Positions 14,014 to 25,373 of a DNA stretch of 64,000 bases are shown here, piece after piece. The translations under genes and the position numbers were made by a program. Position 1 is the first letter of the stretch. Each line of letters opens with the position of its first letter. This DNA comes from Chrysomallon squamiferum. Its lineage: Eukaryota; Animalia; Mollusca. The notes under the pieces are model-generated. The model was not told the DNA's origin. It did not search any database and was given only the letters and a program-made list of their open reading frames with translations. The stretch spans positions 7,998,001 to 8,062,000 of the forward strand of contig CM022670.1 of NCBI GenBank assembly GCA_012295275.1. The letters run 5' to 3'.

Positions 14014-16679
14014 TTTATTTGTTTGTTTTTTTGTTACTTTTTTTTTGTTGTTTTTTTTGCATTTCAGTTACATGAAAACCAACACATGTTGGGTTTGTTT
14101 TGATGTTTTTTATTTATGTGTGTTTTTTTTTAAAGATTCTAAGAAAATTTGCATAGAATACACAAATGTATTGTTTTTGGTTTGTTTTAAATTGTATATT
14201 CCTGTTGTCTGGGCTATAATTTAAATATCATATTGCCAATCGCATTATCTATTGCTGTTTCTAAAAATTATTAGCATATACAATACATTTGTATTAGGAG
14301 ACATCTGTATTCAAAATAGACCACATTCCTTAATCACATCTTTCAGTGGCCACCAAATAATTTAAAAATAAATTAACTAATAAATAACAAATCTAATAAA
14401 GTTATGTGAAAGAAATGCCATAATCAGAAAATTTATAGACTGGATTTAAATAAATTCATTAAAAGGATTTCATGAATTTTTGGCTTTAATAGCAGATATG
14501 TGTAGTTAACAAAGTCAGTTGAAGAAAAAAAAAAAAAAAAGTTTTTGTGTGAAAAGATTTTTCTTTGTTTTTAATCATTCATAAAGCTATCATAATACAT
14601 ACAATAAATGATTTAAAAAAAAATAACAATAATATAATATTAAACTTTTTTGTTCAAACACATACATGTTTTCATAATGCAATATTTTAACATTTTGTTG
14701 TGGCTTAATCTTGTGTTTTGTCCTTTTATATATATGTGTGTGTTCTGTGTATTTTTATAAACAAATAACATCATATAAAGTACTATTAATGAACAACATT
14801 TTAGATTTTAATTTTTTGGTTTAATCTTAATACATACAATATGAATAACTCATAATTTAAACAATCAACGACATTTAACAGTTTTGGTTTGTTGGGGGGT
14901 GTTGTTTTGTGGTTTTTATTTCATTTGATGAAGATTTGTACAAATCTATACAAAATATTTTTATTTTACTAAGATTATAGCACTGGATTGTAACACTGAG
15001 GGAATCAATGAAAATTTGAACCAATCAAAACACTTGGTTTAGTCTGACAGGACAAGAAAGAAAAAGAACACTTACATTTGTGTATCAGCTATGTACATTA
15101 AAGACTCTTTTTTTTATTTGTACATATTTAACAGTTAACCTACATACACATGCATAATTAAATTAAATAAATTATTTTGTGGATAAATTTGGAGTGCTGA
15201 AATAATTGGCTCAAGTTCTTGACAATATTAATAAAAAAAAAAAAAAAACTTTATCATGATTTTCTAAAATTACAATAATAAGAAGAAGACAAAGAAGAAG
15301 AAGAAGAAGAAGAAGAAAAAGATGAAGAGAGGGAAGCTAAGAAGAGGAAAAAAAAAATAAAGCAAAAAGTTAAATAACATTAACAATACAAACTACATTT
15401 ATGAAAATGCTGATGTACACATACCCTCTGGGTTTTAACTATACCCTGTTAGCATGGATTATCTACCCTGACTAATTATTTCTTCAAAATGTGTTATATA
15501 GGTTAGCAGATTTATTTAAAAATTTATTGTGAAAAATGGCTCTTTAAAAAAAGATAACTACTGGATTTTTACTTTTATTTTAATAATAATATATTTATTT
15601 ATAAATATTTTCTAAAACATCTGATATATTATTATTTCAGCACTCAAAATTAACATATATATAATTTTAAGGTGTTTTTCTGTTAGCTTTGGAGAATATT
15701 TTTATTAATAATCAGTTGATAATGATAAATCAAATCAAATCAAATGAAAAAATAATAATAAAAAGAAGGAAGAAAAGAAAAAAGAAACATTTATCAGTTT
15801 GACAAAAATTGTATTGTTTTAATTTGATTCCTAACGAAGGCACAAACATGAAATTTTTTTCCCCCCCTATATATCTAGAAAAAATATTACAATGGAAACA
15901 GATAACATACATACAAAATATAAAATAAAAATAAATAAATAAATAACATTGAACCAAAATTTGTCCTTTTTTTTAATATAGTACTCCAATAAATACACAA
16001 AATGAAAAGGGTAATAGCTAACAAAGTTCAAACAGTGCTGCAGCATTTTGCATATGAAAACAGCATGTATGATGGCCACATCATCAGAAGCAGGTAGGAC
16101 AGCACTGAGATTCTTGTAGAATACCCTACAATCGGCGTGCATCAATCAGTTTGCATATTTGTGGTGCAAAATAATGATATCTTCTCTTGTAGAGATGACC
16201 TAGTGTAATTCTTTCACATAAATTTAAAAAAAAAAAAGTAATAAAAAATTACAACAAATATTTTTAGTTCTTAAAAACGAAAAGATCTGAGACTAGGGGG
16301 AGAATTGTAGAGACTTTTATATAAAAAAAAAAAATTCTGTGTTCTTTTTGTTGTTTCAGTTGTTGTTGTTGTTGTTTTTGTTTTTTTTTGTTAACAATGT
16401 CCTTCCAATGTCAACAGTAGCATAGATGAGTGATGCTGCTTTCAGAGTCTGCCAATAACATTTTGATATTTTCTTCTTTTTAAAATTACTAAGTTGGTAA
16501 TAATTACAGTCTTTTAGGCTGTTTTACAGCTATTTCATTTGATACTGCTGGGTTCTGTTTGATTTTGATAATCAAATAAAAATAAATAAATTAATAAATT
16601 AATTAAAAGAATTCAAGGTACAGTAAAAAAAAAAAAAAAACCCAGCTCAATGATGAAGAGCATTTGGCAGACATCTTGC

Positions 16680-17135
16680 GTAACCATGGTGACCAGTGGA
16701 AGACATGAAACATTTAGACTCGAGTCCAGCACTGCTTTTAAAAAAAAATATATATTAAACTGAAAAAAATTATCCAACACTGACAAGTTAATCCTATTTC
16801 ACATAGAGAAATGATTCCAACAAATTCCATTTCCAAAGAATGAAATAAAGTATTACTTAGCACATAATTATTTTCGTGAAAAATAAACAAAACACAAAAA
16901 AATGAAGTCCAAACTGTTTGGTTATTGAACATCAAAGACACACAGCACCTGGTTGCCTGGCAACAATTTTCTTTATTTCTTTCTTTCTTTCTCCCCAATA
17001 GTACATGTCATTCCTGTGTGCCAACATTAAAGAAAAAAAACAAAAAAAAACAACCCCAAAAACAACAGAAAAAAAAGCACTTTGTTGCCAGGCAATCACA
17101 AATCATGATCATCACAGCCACAGTCGCCTAGCAAC
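16680..17135. promoter_or_regulatory. Cluster of four RFX X-box-like palindromes
   Basis: GTAACCATGGTGAC (16680), GTTGCCTGGCAAC (16952), GTTGCCAGGCAAT (17084) and GTCGCCTAGCAAC (17123), compared with the consensus GTNRCC-N0-3-RGYAAC. Confidence 0.55.
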
Positions 17136-17294
17136 TGGATTAAGAGTATATATGTGAATATATAATAATTATATATATTTATTTATATATAAGTTTTCTG
17201 TGCAACAACAGACATTCCAAACAAACATGGCACTTTGTTCTGTTAAGACGGTCACATGATTGTTACAAATAACATATAACACACACTGTAATAA

Positions 17295-18010
17295 TCTAGT
17301 CATGTATCCTTGATAATGGTGAGATGTTACACATTACAGATTCTTCAGCTGATTAAGTTGCTATGTATCCAGTGTGTGTTGAAACATTTTCATAGTTACA
17401 GAATATAATTATGAATGACTTATTAATAAATATTCTACATATCCTTCAGTGACCTATTACATCCTAGAATCTCACAGTGACCTTTTTTACACATTGATTT
17501 ATATACGTTGATATCCTTGAAATTCACAAAAACAAAATAAAGAATATGATATTATTAGATATCTTTTAATGACCCATTGGAGCATGTCAAATATCCTTGA
17601 ATGACCCTTTTAGTTTTGCTTGAGTATCTTCTTGTCATCTGGTGGAGCACATATTTATAATTTATCCTTTAGTATCCCATGAAGAGTATAAAAGCAATAT
17701 ATCCTTCAGTGACCTATTACAGTGTGCGTTAAATATCCTTCAGTGACCTATTACAATCTGTGTCATATTTCCTTCAGTGACCTATGCACTGTACATCCTT
17801 CAGTGACTTATTTACTGTATGCATCATACATCCTTCGGTGACCTATTACATACAGTGTGTATCATATGTCCTTAAGTAACCTGCAACATCACATGATACA
17901 TCTCAGAATCTCACAGTGGCCCATATATCCGTTGATGAGGCATAACAATGTCATATATCCTTGAGTCTCACCCTGACCCGCTATGCTCTGTGTCATGTAT
18001 CTTTGAGACG
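17295..18010. repeat. Degenerate tandem array in the proximal AFF 3'UTR; core ATATCCTTCAGTGACCTATTACA, period about 26-40 bp
   Basis: Near-exact cores at about 17439, 17699, 17733, 17770, 17795 and 17829; weaker copies at about 17300, 17462, 17511, 17559, 17591, 17663, 17868, 17898, 17955 and 17996. Confidence 0.85.
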
Positions 18011-18102
18011 GAGGAGACCGTGTTGCACGTAATGAACAAGTTCTAAGACACTGCTGTTGAGAACCAATGGACGACAGTCTTTGTCTAGATCAGCAAAAAA
18101 AT
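17993..18102 (-). CDS. lilli/AFF4-like: AFF terminal coding exon (DFFADLDKDCRPLVLNSSVLELVHYVQHGLLRLKDT*)
   Basis: cattgcag acceptor, phase 1; TGA at 17995-17993. Matches the family C-terminus 'FFxxLDxxxGPLxLxSSxxxLVxYxRQGLxxLR'. Confidence 0.95.
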
Positions 18103-18365
18103 CTGCAATGAGAAAAGCAACTGATGATCATTCCATGTTTAAAATAGGAGGAAATGGATCTTGTTTTGTGGTAGTTTTAAAAAAAAAATAATTAGTTCTT
18201 GCTATTGTGAAAATAAATATTGCTGAAACGATTCGTATGGTCTTTGATGGTTCATTTACTGAGCAATGTTTTAACACAATTTTTAACACAGTTTTACCAC
18301 AATAATAAGAAAACAATCACTGAAATGGGAGAGAAAGTAAAGATTAATTAGAAATTTAAATTTAC

Positions 18366-18558
18366 CTTTAGATTCACTGGCTAAAGCATCGGCTTGTGCC
18401 CAGAGGTCATGGCCCTGCACAGCGAAGGTGGTGATGTTGATGTACTGTTGGGTGACGGAATGTATTCTCTGCGACACCATCACCATCCCGGGTGATGTCA
18501 TCAAGTTGGGGCCCGTGCTTCCATTGGTCAGCTTGGTTGTGGACAATTCACAACTTCC
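18366..18558 (-). CDS. lilli/AFF4-like: AFF CHD exon (193 nt; GSCELSTTKL...VMVSQRIHSVTQQYINITTFAVQGHDLWAQADALASESK)
   Basis: gtttcag acceptor and G|gtaaa donor; phase 0 to 1. Matches 'IPQRIHxMAxxYVxITxxxLxxxxxWExAD'. Confidence 0.95.
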
Positions 18559-19133
18559 CTGAAACATTTAATAAAAGAACAACATTAAATTCTTGATGCC
18601 ATAAAAAGATAGTAACAAACAGAAATAATTTATTATCACAAATGTTACCAACTCTAAGTGGGGTTTGTTTTGACTGACGATTTTTAATTCATATTACAGT
18701 GTCTGAATGAGTGTGTGTTTGTATTCTTATTCATATAAGCACTAAATGAATTCAAGATTTCTTTTTTTTTTTTAGATAATCCATTTTTTGATGTGTACAT
18801 TTATTTAACATAAGTATGTGTGTGTGTGTGTGTGTGAGTATGTAAAACCATCTAGCTAACTAATACATTTGCATGAATACATTGGTATGAGAGAAATACT
18901 TAATTTCTTATTGATAGGAAAACATTCATGCTCCTACCTAAAGACAGGACACTGCCTTTAGTGAATCAGTGGCCAATAATACATCAACCATTAATCAACA
19001 GTCCACTTCATCTTTCTGTGTGTGCTTTGATGATGACATTAACAACACACACTTCACATTTTTACAAATTTATCTACCATTATGATGGAATTAACAGAGT
19101 TATTTGCAGAGTGCTTTCTTATTTATTGCTAAC

Positions 19134-19269
19134 CTGTGATCCAACAGAGCCAATGCTTCCTGCAGGGAGATGGTGTGGGGGACATTGGGGAAGGGGTTCC
19201 AGTGCTGCGGTTGTTCCACCCACCCTGATGAGGGGAGGGGGCGTGAGCAGTTGCTTTTGGAGTTGCGGA
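19134..19269 (-). CDS. lilli/AFF4-like: AFF CHD exon (136 nt, one extra base; SATPKATAHAPSPHQGGWNNRSTGTPSPMSPTPSP / AGSIGSVGSQ)
   Basis: tttatttcag acceptor and CAG|gttagc donor. The hallmark AFF motif 'TGTPSPMSPTPSPAGS(V/I)GS' is split across two frames by an extra C at about 19165-19167. Confidence 0.92.
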
Positions 19270-19444
19270 CTGAAATAAACAAAATGAAAAATACTGCAAT
19301 TAATAACAGTAATAATTACAATGATCATTAGCAGTAATTAAAAACTAAATGAATAAAAAAAAAAAATATATAATCATAATGAAAATGAAGATGAAAATCC
19401 TTTTCTGATAAAATAATATTTGGCTATTATTTTTTATTTTTTTT

Positions 19445-19486
<42 letters not shown>

Positions 19487-19588
19487 AGGAAAGAAAAAGA
19501 AAAAGAAAAAAGAATAAAATAATAATAAAAATAATCAAATAAATAAAATTAAAAAATTAAAATTAAACATCAAAGGATGTTAACCCAC

Positions 19589-19685
19589 CTTGTTGTGGTC
19601 ATGATCAATTATTTTCTTGAATTTTATAGCTTCTCCTCTTTTTAAGTTGAACAGTTTTAAACATAGCAGGGCATGAATTCGTAAA
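19589..19685 (-). CDS. lilli/AFF4-like: AFF CHD exon (97 nt; LRIHALLCLKLFNLKRGEAIKFKKIIDHDHNK)
   Basis: gtttcag acceptor and AAG|gtgggt donor; phase 2 to 0. Matches 'LRCQSLLYLRLFKLKKxxAxKY'. Confidence 0.93.
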
Positions 19686-19720
19686 CTGAAACAAAAACAA
19701 CAAAATTCAAAATAAATAAT

Positions 19721-19762
<42 letters not shown>

Positions 19763-20307
19763 AATTTTTTTGAAAACATATCTACTTATATTTTATTTGT
19801 TATTGTTTTCAAAAAATTTGTTTGATTACATTCTATTTCTGCATTTGGGTCCTGGTTATTATCCCTTTAAATAAATTATGTCCATAAATTGAACAATGTT
19901 TTGAATAGAATAAAACATTAGATTTAAAAGACTGAGTCCCCAGTAAAGCCATAACACTTGCTATTCATTCTAAAAATGAAAATTTAACAGACTGAGTCAT
20001 CACAAACATTTGTCATTCTGATTTGATTATTTTGACTCCAGTACATTTTAAAAGTTACTTTACCACTTAGAACAACCTTCATCAAAAGACCTGTTACACA
20101 CACACAAACAAAAATTAATATAATGGTGAAAAAGGAACTGATGTTTAAGGTACACCAAATTCAAACAAGATCCACTAAGTATATCAGATATTTAATTAAA
20201 GTTAAAAGACATTCTGAATTGATTTTTAATGTTTGTTCGGCACTCCAGAGTAAAATCAACAGGCTTAGAGAATTTTAGCCACCATGGAAAAATCTTTATC
20301 AGCTTAC

Positions 20308-20382
20308 ATTAATACTGATAATTTCTTGTCCTTGACTGGCAATTCTGTTTCTGGACCATTGCGACTGACTCGACAAATGTGC
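20308..20382 (-). CDS. lilli/AFF4-like: AFF CHD exon (75 nt; HICRVSRNGPETELPVKDKKLSVL)
   Basis: ctttttgcag acceptor and AT|gtaagc donor; phase 2 to 2. 'DKKLSVL' corresponds to AFF 'DKxLAVL'. Confidence 0.92.
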
Positions 20383-21799
20383 CTGCAAAAAGAGAATTTC
20401 AAACAGTTAACTAATAAAAATTTATAATAAATTAATTAATTAATTAAAAACAAAATACTAAAAATTCTGAGCAAGAAGTTATTAAAAACCACCAGCAAAT
20501 ACAATTTTAGTTCTTGAAATACTTCCCAACCTGTGGAAAAAAACACCAACAAAATAAAAATAAAAATAAGAAAAAACGAAAAAATAACTGGGTTCAATCA
20601 GTCCTTAAAATAATAATAAATCAATATATACACACTTTTTCACAGATTAAATATTAACAATAGCATGATATTTATAAATATTTTTCTTTTTAATATCAAA
20701 CATGTTAAAATAAAAAATATATATAAATAGTGATAATGATAATGTTGGTAATGATAAAAAAAAAAAAAAGATAAAAAAATAACAATAATATAATTATCAA
20801 TAACAATAACAAATAAATAATGTTAACAAATATAATAAAAAATCAGTGTTAATAATAACACTCTTCCCATGAACATTAATTAAACCATTAAGGAGAAAAT
20901 CATGTAGGTAAACGACCCCCTATGACAATATAATGTGTAACAAGGACTGCAAAGTGTGAATCTGGTGGAATCATTTTGTTGAATAATTCATTTCCTGCAG
21001 TCAGACCAGCCCCTCCACTATTGATTTTCCATGAACGCTGTATTTTCCAATTTATTGTGATGGCTTGTGGATCAACTGATAGCCGAGAATGACGATAACT
21101 GAGAAAATTATATTAGGCTCTTCCGAAATGATTTTAAAAAAAAGAAAAAAGAAAAAAATGAAAAAAAATGACAGGAAGCAGCAGGTTATTTTTCTTAATA
21201 TCAAAGATAAAAATGAAATAAAATACTTGATTGTGATTGAAGGAAATGCAATATTATCATTATCCCTTCGGCTATGGTTTCATTTTGAAAAGACATTTAA
21301 TGAAATGTGAGGTTTTTGGGTTCATTTTTTTTTTTTAATATTAAAGGTCATCTTTGTTGTTAATCTTCTCGTCTCTTTTTTATACATCTCTGAATAAAGA
21401 TCATCTGCTGAAACAATCTCTGCTTCTGATTGCGATGAATGACATTTAATCTATCTCTAGTATCTCCTGTATCAAAACCACTGATACCTTTCAACAAGAG
21501 TTTGAAATTAAGATGAAATCCTTTCTATATTTTTTTTTTTTTTTGGTGGGGGGAGGTACATGTTAAATAAAAATAATAACTTTAAATACACACCCATTGT
21601 ATTGTAAAAACCCTACCCCATCTATTTTTCCATACAACAACAAAAACAAATGTTACAAATATAAAAACTTACGGTGCCTAATCATAAAAAAAACTTACTC
21701 CTAATTACAACCGATTTGGTATAGAAATGTCAGTGACTTAAATATCAGTTTGACAAGCAAATATGCAATCATTTATGTGGCTGACATCAAACGACTTAC

Positions 21800-21939
21800 T
21801 TCAGAAGTTGTAGTGTGTCATGATACATGGTGAAAATCTTGCTCGGCTCACTGATTTGGTCACGCTCCATTGCACAGCCACACTGGATGAACATCAATAC
21901 TGACTCGATGTAAGCGCATATATTCACTGGCTTTTCTTT
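21800..21939 (-). CDS. lilli/AFF4-like: AFF CHD exon (140 nt; KEKPVNICAYIESVLMFIQCGCAMERDQISEPSKIFTMYHDTLQLL)
   Basis: gttacag acceptor and AA|gtaagt donor; phase 0 to 2. Matches the CHD pattern 'YLxAVLSFIECGxAME...MYSETVxLI'. Confidence 0.95.
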
Positions 21940-22403
21940 CTGTAACAACAACGTCAGTTAGATTAGAGAATGAGAAAATCAAACCTACATACTTATTATC
22001 CATTATAGATTTTTGTAACCTTTTCTGAACTTTTTTTTTTTTTGTTAAATGCACTTTCTTTTTTTTTTCTTCCTTTATTTTAATAATAATAATAATAATA
22101 ACAGAAAGGAAAAAAGGAATAAAAGAAAGTGGATTTCCATTAAATGACAATAATAATAGTAAATAGAAAGAAAAGGGTGGTGATGAGAATTTTTCAAAAC
22201 AATAAAATGATGAAGAAGAACTGAAAAAAATATACATTATAGATTAAATTTAAACAAAAACCCATGAATAATTTAAAAAAAAAAAAAACCAAAAAAAACC
22301 TTACTTAACAATTACTTAATAAAAGTCATATCCTGATGAATGTTATTATGTACAACAGAGATATAGTGAAATAATAAAAGATTTCTCTGTTTCAAACACT
22401 CAC

Positions 22404-22461
22404 GTCAGCCTGGTGTTTACACTCTTTGGCTCTTGCTAAGTAGATGTCAGCAGATTCCAAA
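22404..22461 (-). CDS. lilli/AFF4-like: AFF CHD exon (58 nt; LESADIYLARAKECKHQAD)
   Basis: cttttttcag acceptor and GAC|gtgagt donor; phase 2 to 0. Matches the CHD start 'SADxY(M/L)xEAKKLKHxAD'. Confidence 0.95.
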
Positions 22462-23043
22462 CTGAAAAAAGGAAGCAGACACATCTCAGTAAATCTCTGC
22501 TCCGTGGCACACTGCTGTAACCATGTTCCTGTTGTTACTACTACTGCTACCACAACTACTATCATCATCATCATTACTGGTTTATGTACAGTTACTACTA
22601 TCATTACAACTAAATAAATTAATGAATACTTTATATAAGCATTTATTTATTTTTTATATATATCATTTATTTATTTTTTGATATATTACGTTAATTTTCT
22701 TTTTCTCTTTTCAAAAAAACATTTTGTTTTTAAATAAATAAGTAAAATGAAAATGGGGGAAAAAAAAACAAGAGTTGAAAAAGTAATTTTAAACAAACAT
22801 GTAAAAATTCTAATATTTTAAACAAATTAATATAAATGTTTTTGATATTTTTATTTTGTGACAAATGGAAAAAAACAAACATTATCAACACATTTCGACT
22901 GATCTACAAATCATTCACATTACAAAAACACTCTAAAAATGATTTGTTATAAATGAAATATTTCCCCAACCCTCTTAATATCATCAATGAAAACTTTGCC
23001 TGTGTACAAAGCAAGCTGGAGTGTGAAAATGAGACATATTTAC

Positions 23044-23198
23044 TTGTTTTCTAGAGGACAGTAGCATCCACAGTGCAGTGACTGTGGTTGACTGACCACT
23101 GTTTTACTCTTCACATGATTGTGGTCTTTGCTGTATGAGAAGAATGGTAAATGACTGTCACCATTTTGCTGGGAATGAGGTACGACGGTTTCTTTTTC
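23044..23198 (-). CDS. lilli/AFF4-like: AFF-like exon (155 nt; EKETVVPHSQQNGDSHLPFFSYSKDHNHVKSKTVVSQPQSLHCGCYCPLEN)
   Basis: ttttaaag acceptor and AA|gtaaat donor; open frame; phase 0 to 2 bridges the flanking exons. Confidence 0.8.
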
Positions 23199-24375
23199 CT
23201 TTAAAACAACAACAACAACAAAACTCAGTATACAAGTCAGTAATAATTGTTAAAATAGCAATAGAAATATAAAATACTCATCCCAAAAAAACTTCCTCAA
23301 AGCTATGCAAAAAAATATATATATATATTTAAAGAAACATTCACACATTTTAATATAAATTCTCACAGGTTTTTAAAAAAATAAATAAAAAATTATTTGA
23401 TATAATGATATTTGGAATAAATCTAGATGACATTATCTTGTAACCAATTTATTTATTTACTCACTTTTTTTTTTTTCTTTTTTTTCAATTAACAACAAGG
23501 AATTTTTAATATGAAACTTCCTTTGAACAAGAAATTGCAAATCAGTTTCTTTGATATGGCAAGTTCTGGCTAGAATGGGAAATAACCTCAGAGGTGCTAA
23601 TAGGACATTTGATCCTGTGATTTAATCCATCATGTCTCACTGACGCTTTAATTACTGGACCGTTTATACCCAGTTCCAACACAAACTCAATATATATACA
23701 GTTACGAAATAGAGAAGTAACTTATTACAGTAAATATTATTTTTTGAAACTACGAGTTACCAAGATACCAAAGATGGCAGAACTGAAACAACTGAAAAGA
23801 TCTCAAAATGCCCATCCCATCTAATAAAGCCATGTTATGAAATGATCTAATTTTTTGAAGGAAAACGTTTTGTGCCAGAATAAAGCAGAAAATGCCCATC
23901 CCTAACAAAACACACAGAGCCTACATGTAATAAAATGATTTATTAACGTCAGATTTTACATCAGAACTGACTGTTTCATAAATGTCATTAATAAGTTGCC
24001 TTCGACTATCATGTAGAGAAAAAAGAATAAAAAAAACAAAAAACAACAACAAAAGACCAGAAGTTAAATATGAAAGGTAAAATTAGTGTCGTCAGAATTT
24101 TTTATTCTTACAAAAAAATGGATAAATATATTGGATAAAAAAAAAAATTAAATAAAAAGTATTTTTAGAATAGTTTTTTGTTTGCTTTTTTTTTCAGAAT
24201 TTTAAACTTCTTTTTTTTTTTATTATTTTAAGATTTTTTTTTTAATAATAATAATATAGAAAAAAAAAAAAAATAAATATAAATGATTTAAAAAATACCC
24301 CAACAACAATGGTTTCTGTTTATAATTTTCATATTTCCTGGATATATTTTTTTAAAATTGAAATTATTTATTTAC

Positions 24376-24547
24376 CTGTGTTGACCTTTGTGGATTAGGG
24401 GACTTAGTTTTGACTTTTGCATCAAATTTTGGTTTCTTGGAGTGGCTTTTGTTGCTGTGGTGACTAGATGAACTTGAGGTACTTCCTCTGCGTTTTGATA
24501 AGAAATTCGTCTTTGCATTTTCTTCTTCTTTGACACAAACTCCATTT
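24376..24547 (-). CDS. lilli/AFF4-like: AFF-like exon (172 nt; NGVCVKEEENAKTNFLSKRRGSTSSSSSHHSNKSHSKKPKFDAKVKTKSPNPQRSTQ)
   Basis: ttttgtttcag acceptor and CAG|gtaaat donor; phase 2 to 0. Basic NLS-like and Ser-rich. Confidence 0.9.
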
Positions 24548-25342
24548 CTGAAACAAAACATTTTGCTTTATAAATATACTGAGGAAATCTTTATGAAAAA
24601 TAAGAATTAAAACAATGAATTTATAATTTAAAATAATGAAACAGTATTTATTTAACAATAATTTAATTTATTTTAATATTAAGTTATTTCATGTTAAAAA
24701 ATGTTTTATATACAACGTGAAAAAAATAAATTATAAAAATAGATGTTAGCATCTATATATCTTTCGATATGCATTTCACACTGGTTGGAATGGAAAAATG
24801 ATCCAACATCCTCTGAGGAGAGTTAATCTTACAACCAAAGTAAAGTTTTCAAATCAATAAGCTATAGCTAGTGGTACAAGAGATACTCAGATTAAAAAAA
24901 GAAACCTTTCTTAATTTAACTTTTGAAAACTACAAAAATGTGAATTTGTGCTGAAGAACTCTTCAGTCTCAGAAACACTTCAAGTACATTACTTGGAAAT
25001 TCTTTACAAATGTCTAGGCAAAATCTTTTACTTGTCTTAGTTTGAAAATCTTTTTTAAAATCACATCATTGTTTCATGTCTGGGCATTACTCATGATATA
25101 CAAAAACTTATATGAGATTAATTAAGTAAATATTTTATTTTTATCATTAAATAAAGAAAAAAAAAAGTTAAATAAAAAGTTAATTTGATTTAAAATTTCA
25201 GAGGATTTTATTATTATTATAAATAAAATAAATTAATATTCTGTATTAATTAAAATCACTAAGAAGTAAATGTATTACATTTCAAAATAAAAAAAATAAA
25301 TTCTATAAAAAAATATATATATATCTATATAAATGCTAATAA

Positions 25343-25373
<31 letters not shown>

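Noticed and set aside
17430-17900. CRISPR interpretation of the repeat/linker array
   Set aside because: The context is eukaryotic, there are no cas genes, the linkers are short (about 5-17 bp) and related to each other, and the repeats are degenerate.
17981-17995. Stop-codon readthrough (TGA-C context)
   Set aside because: An in-frame TAG follows after only three codons, so there is no meaningful extension.
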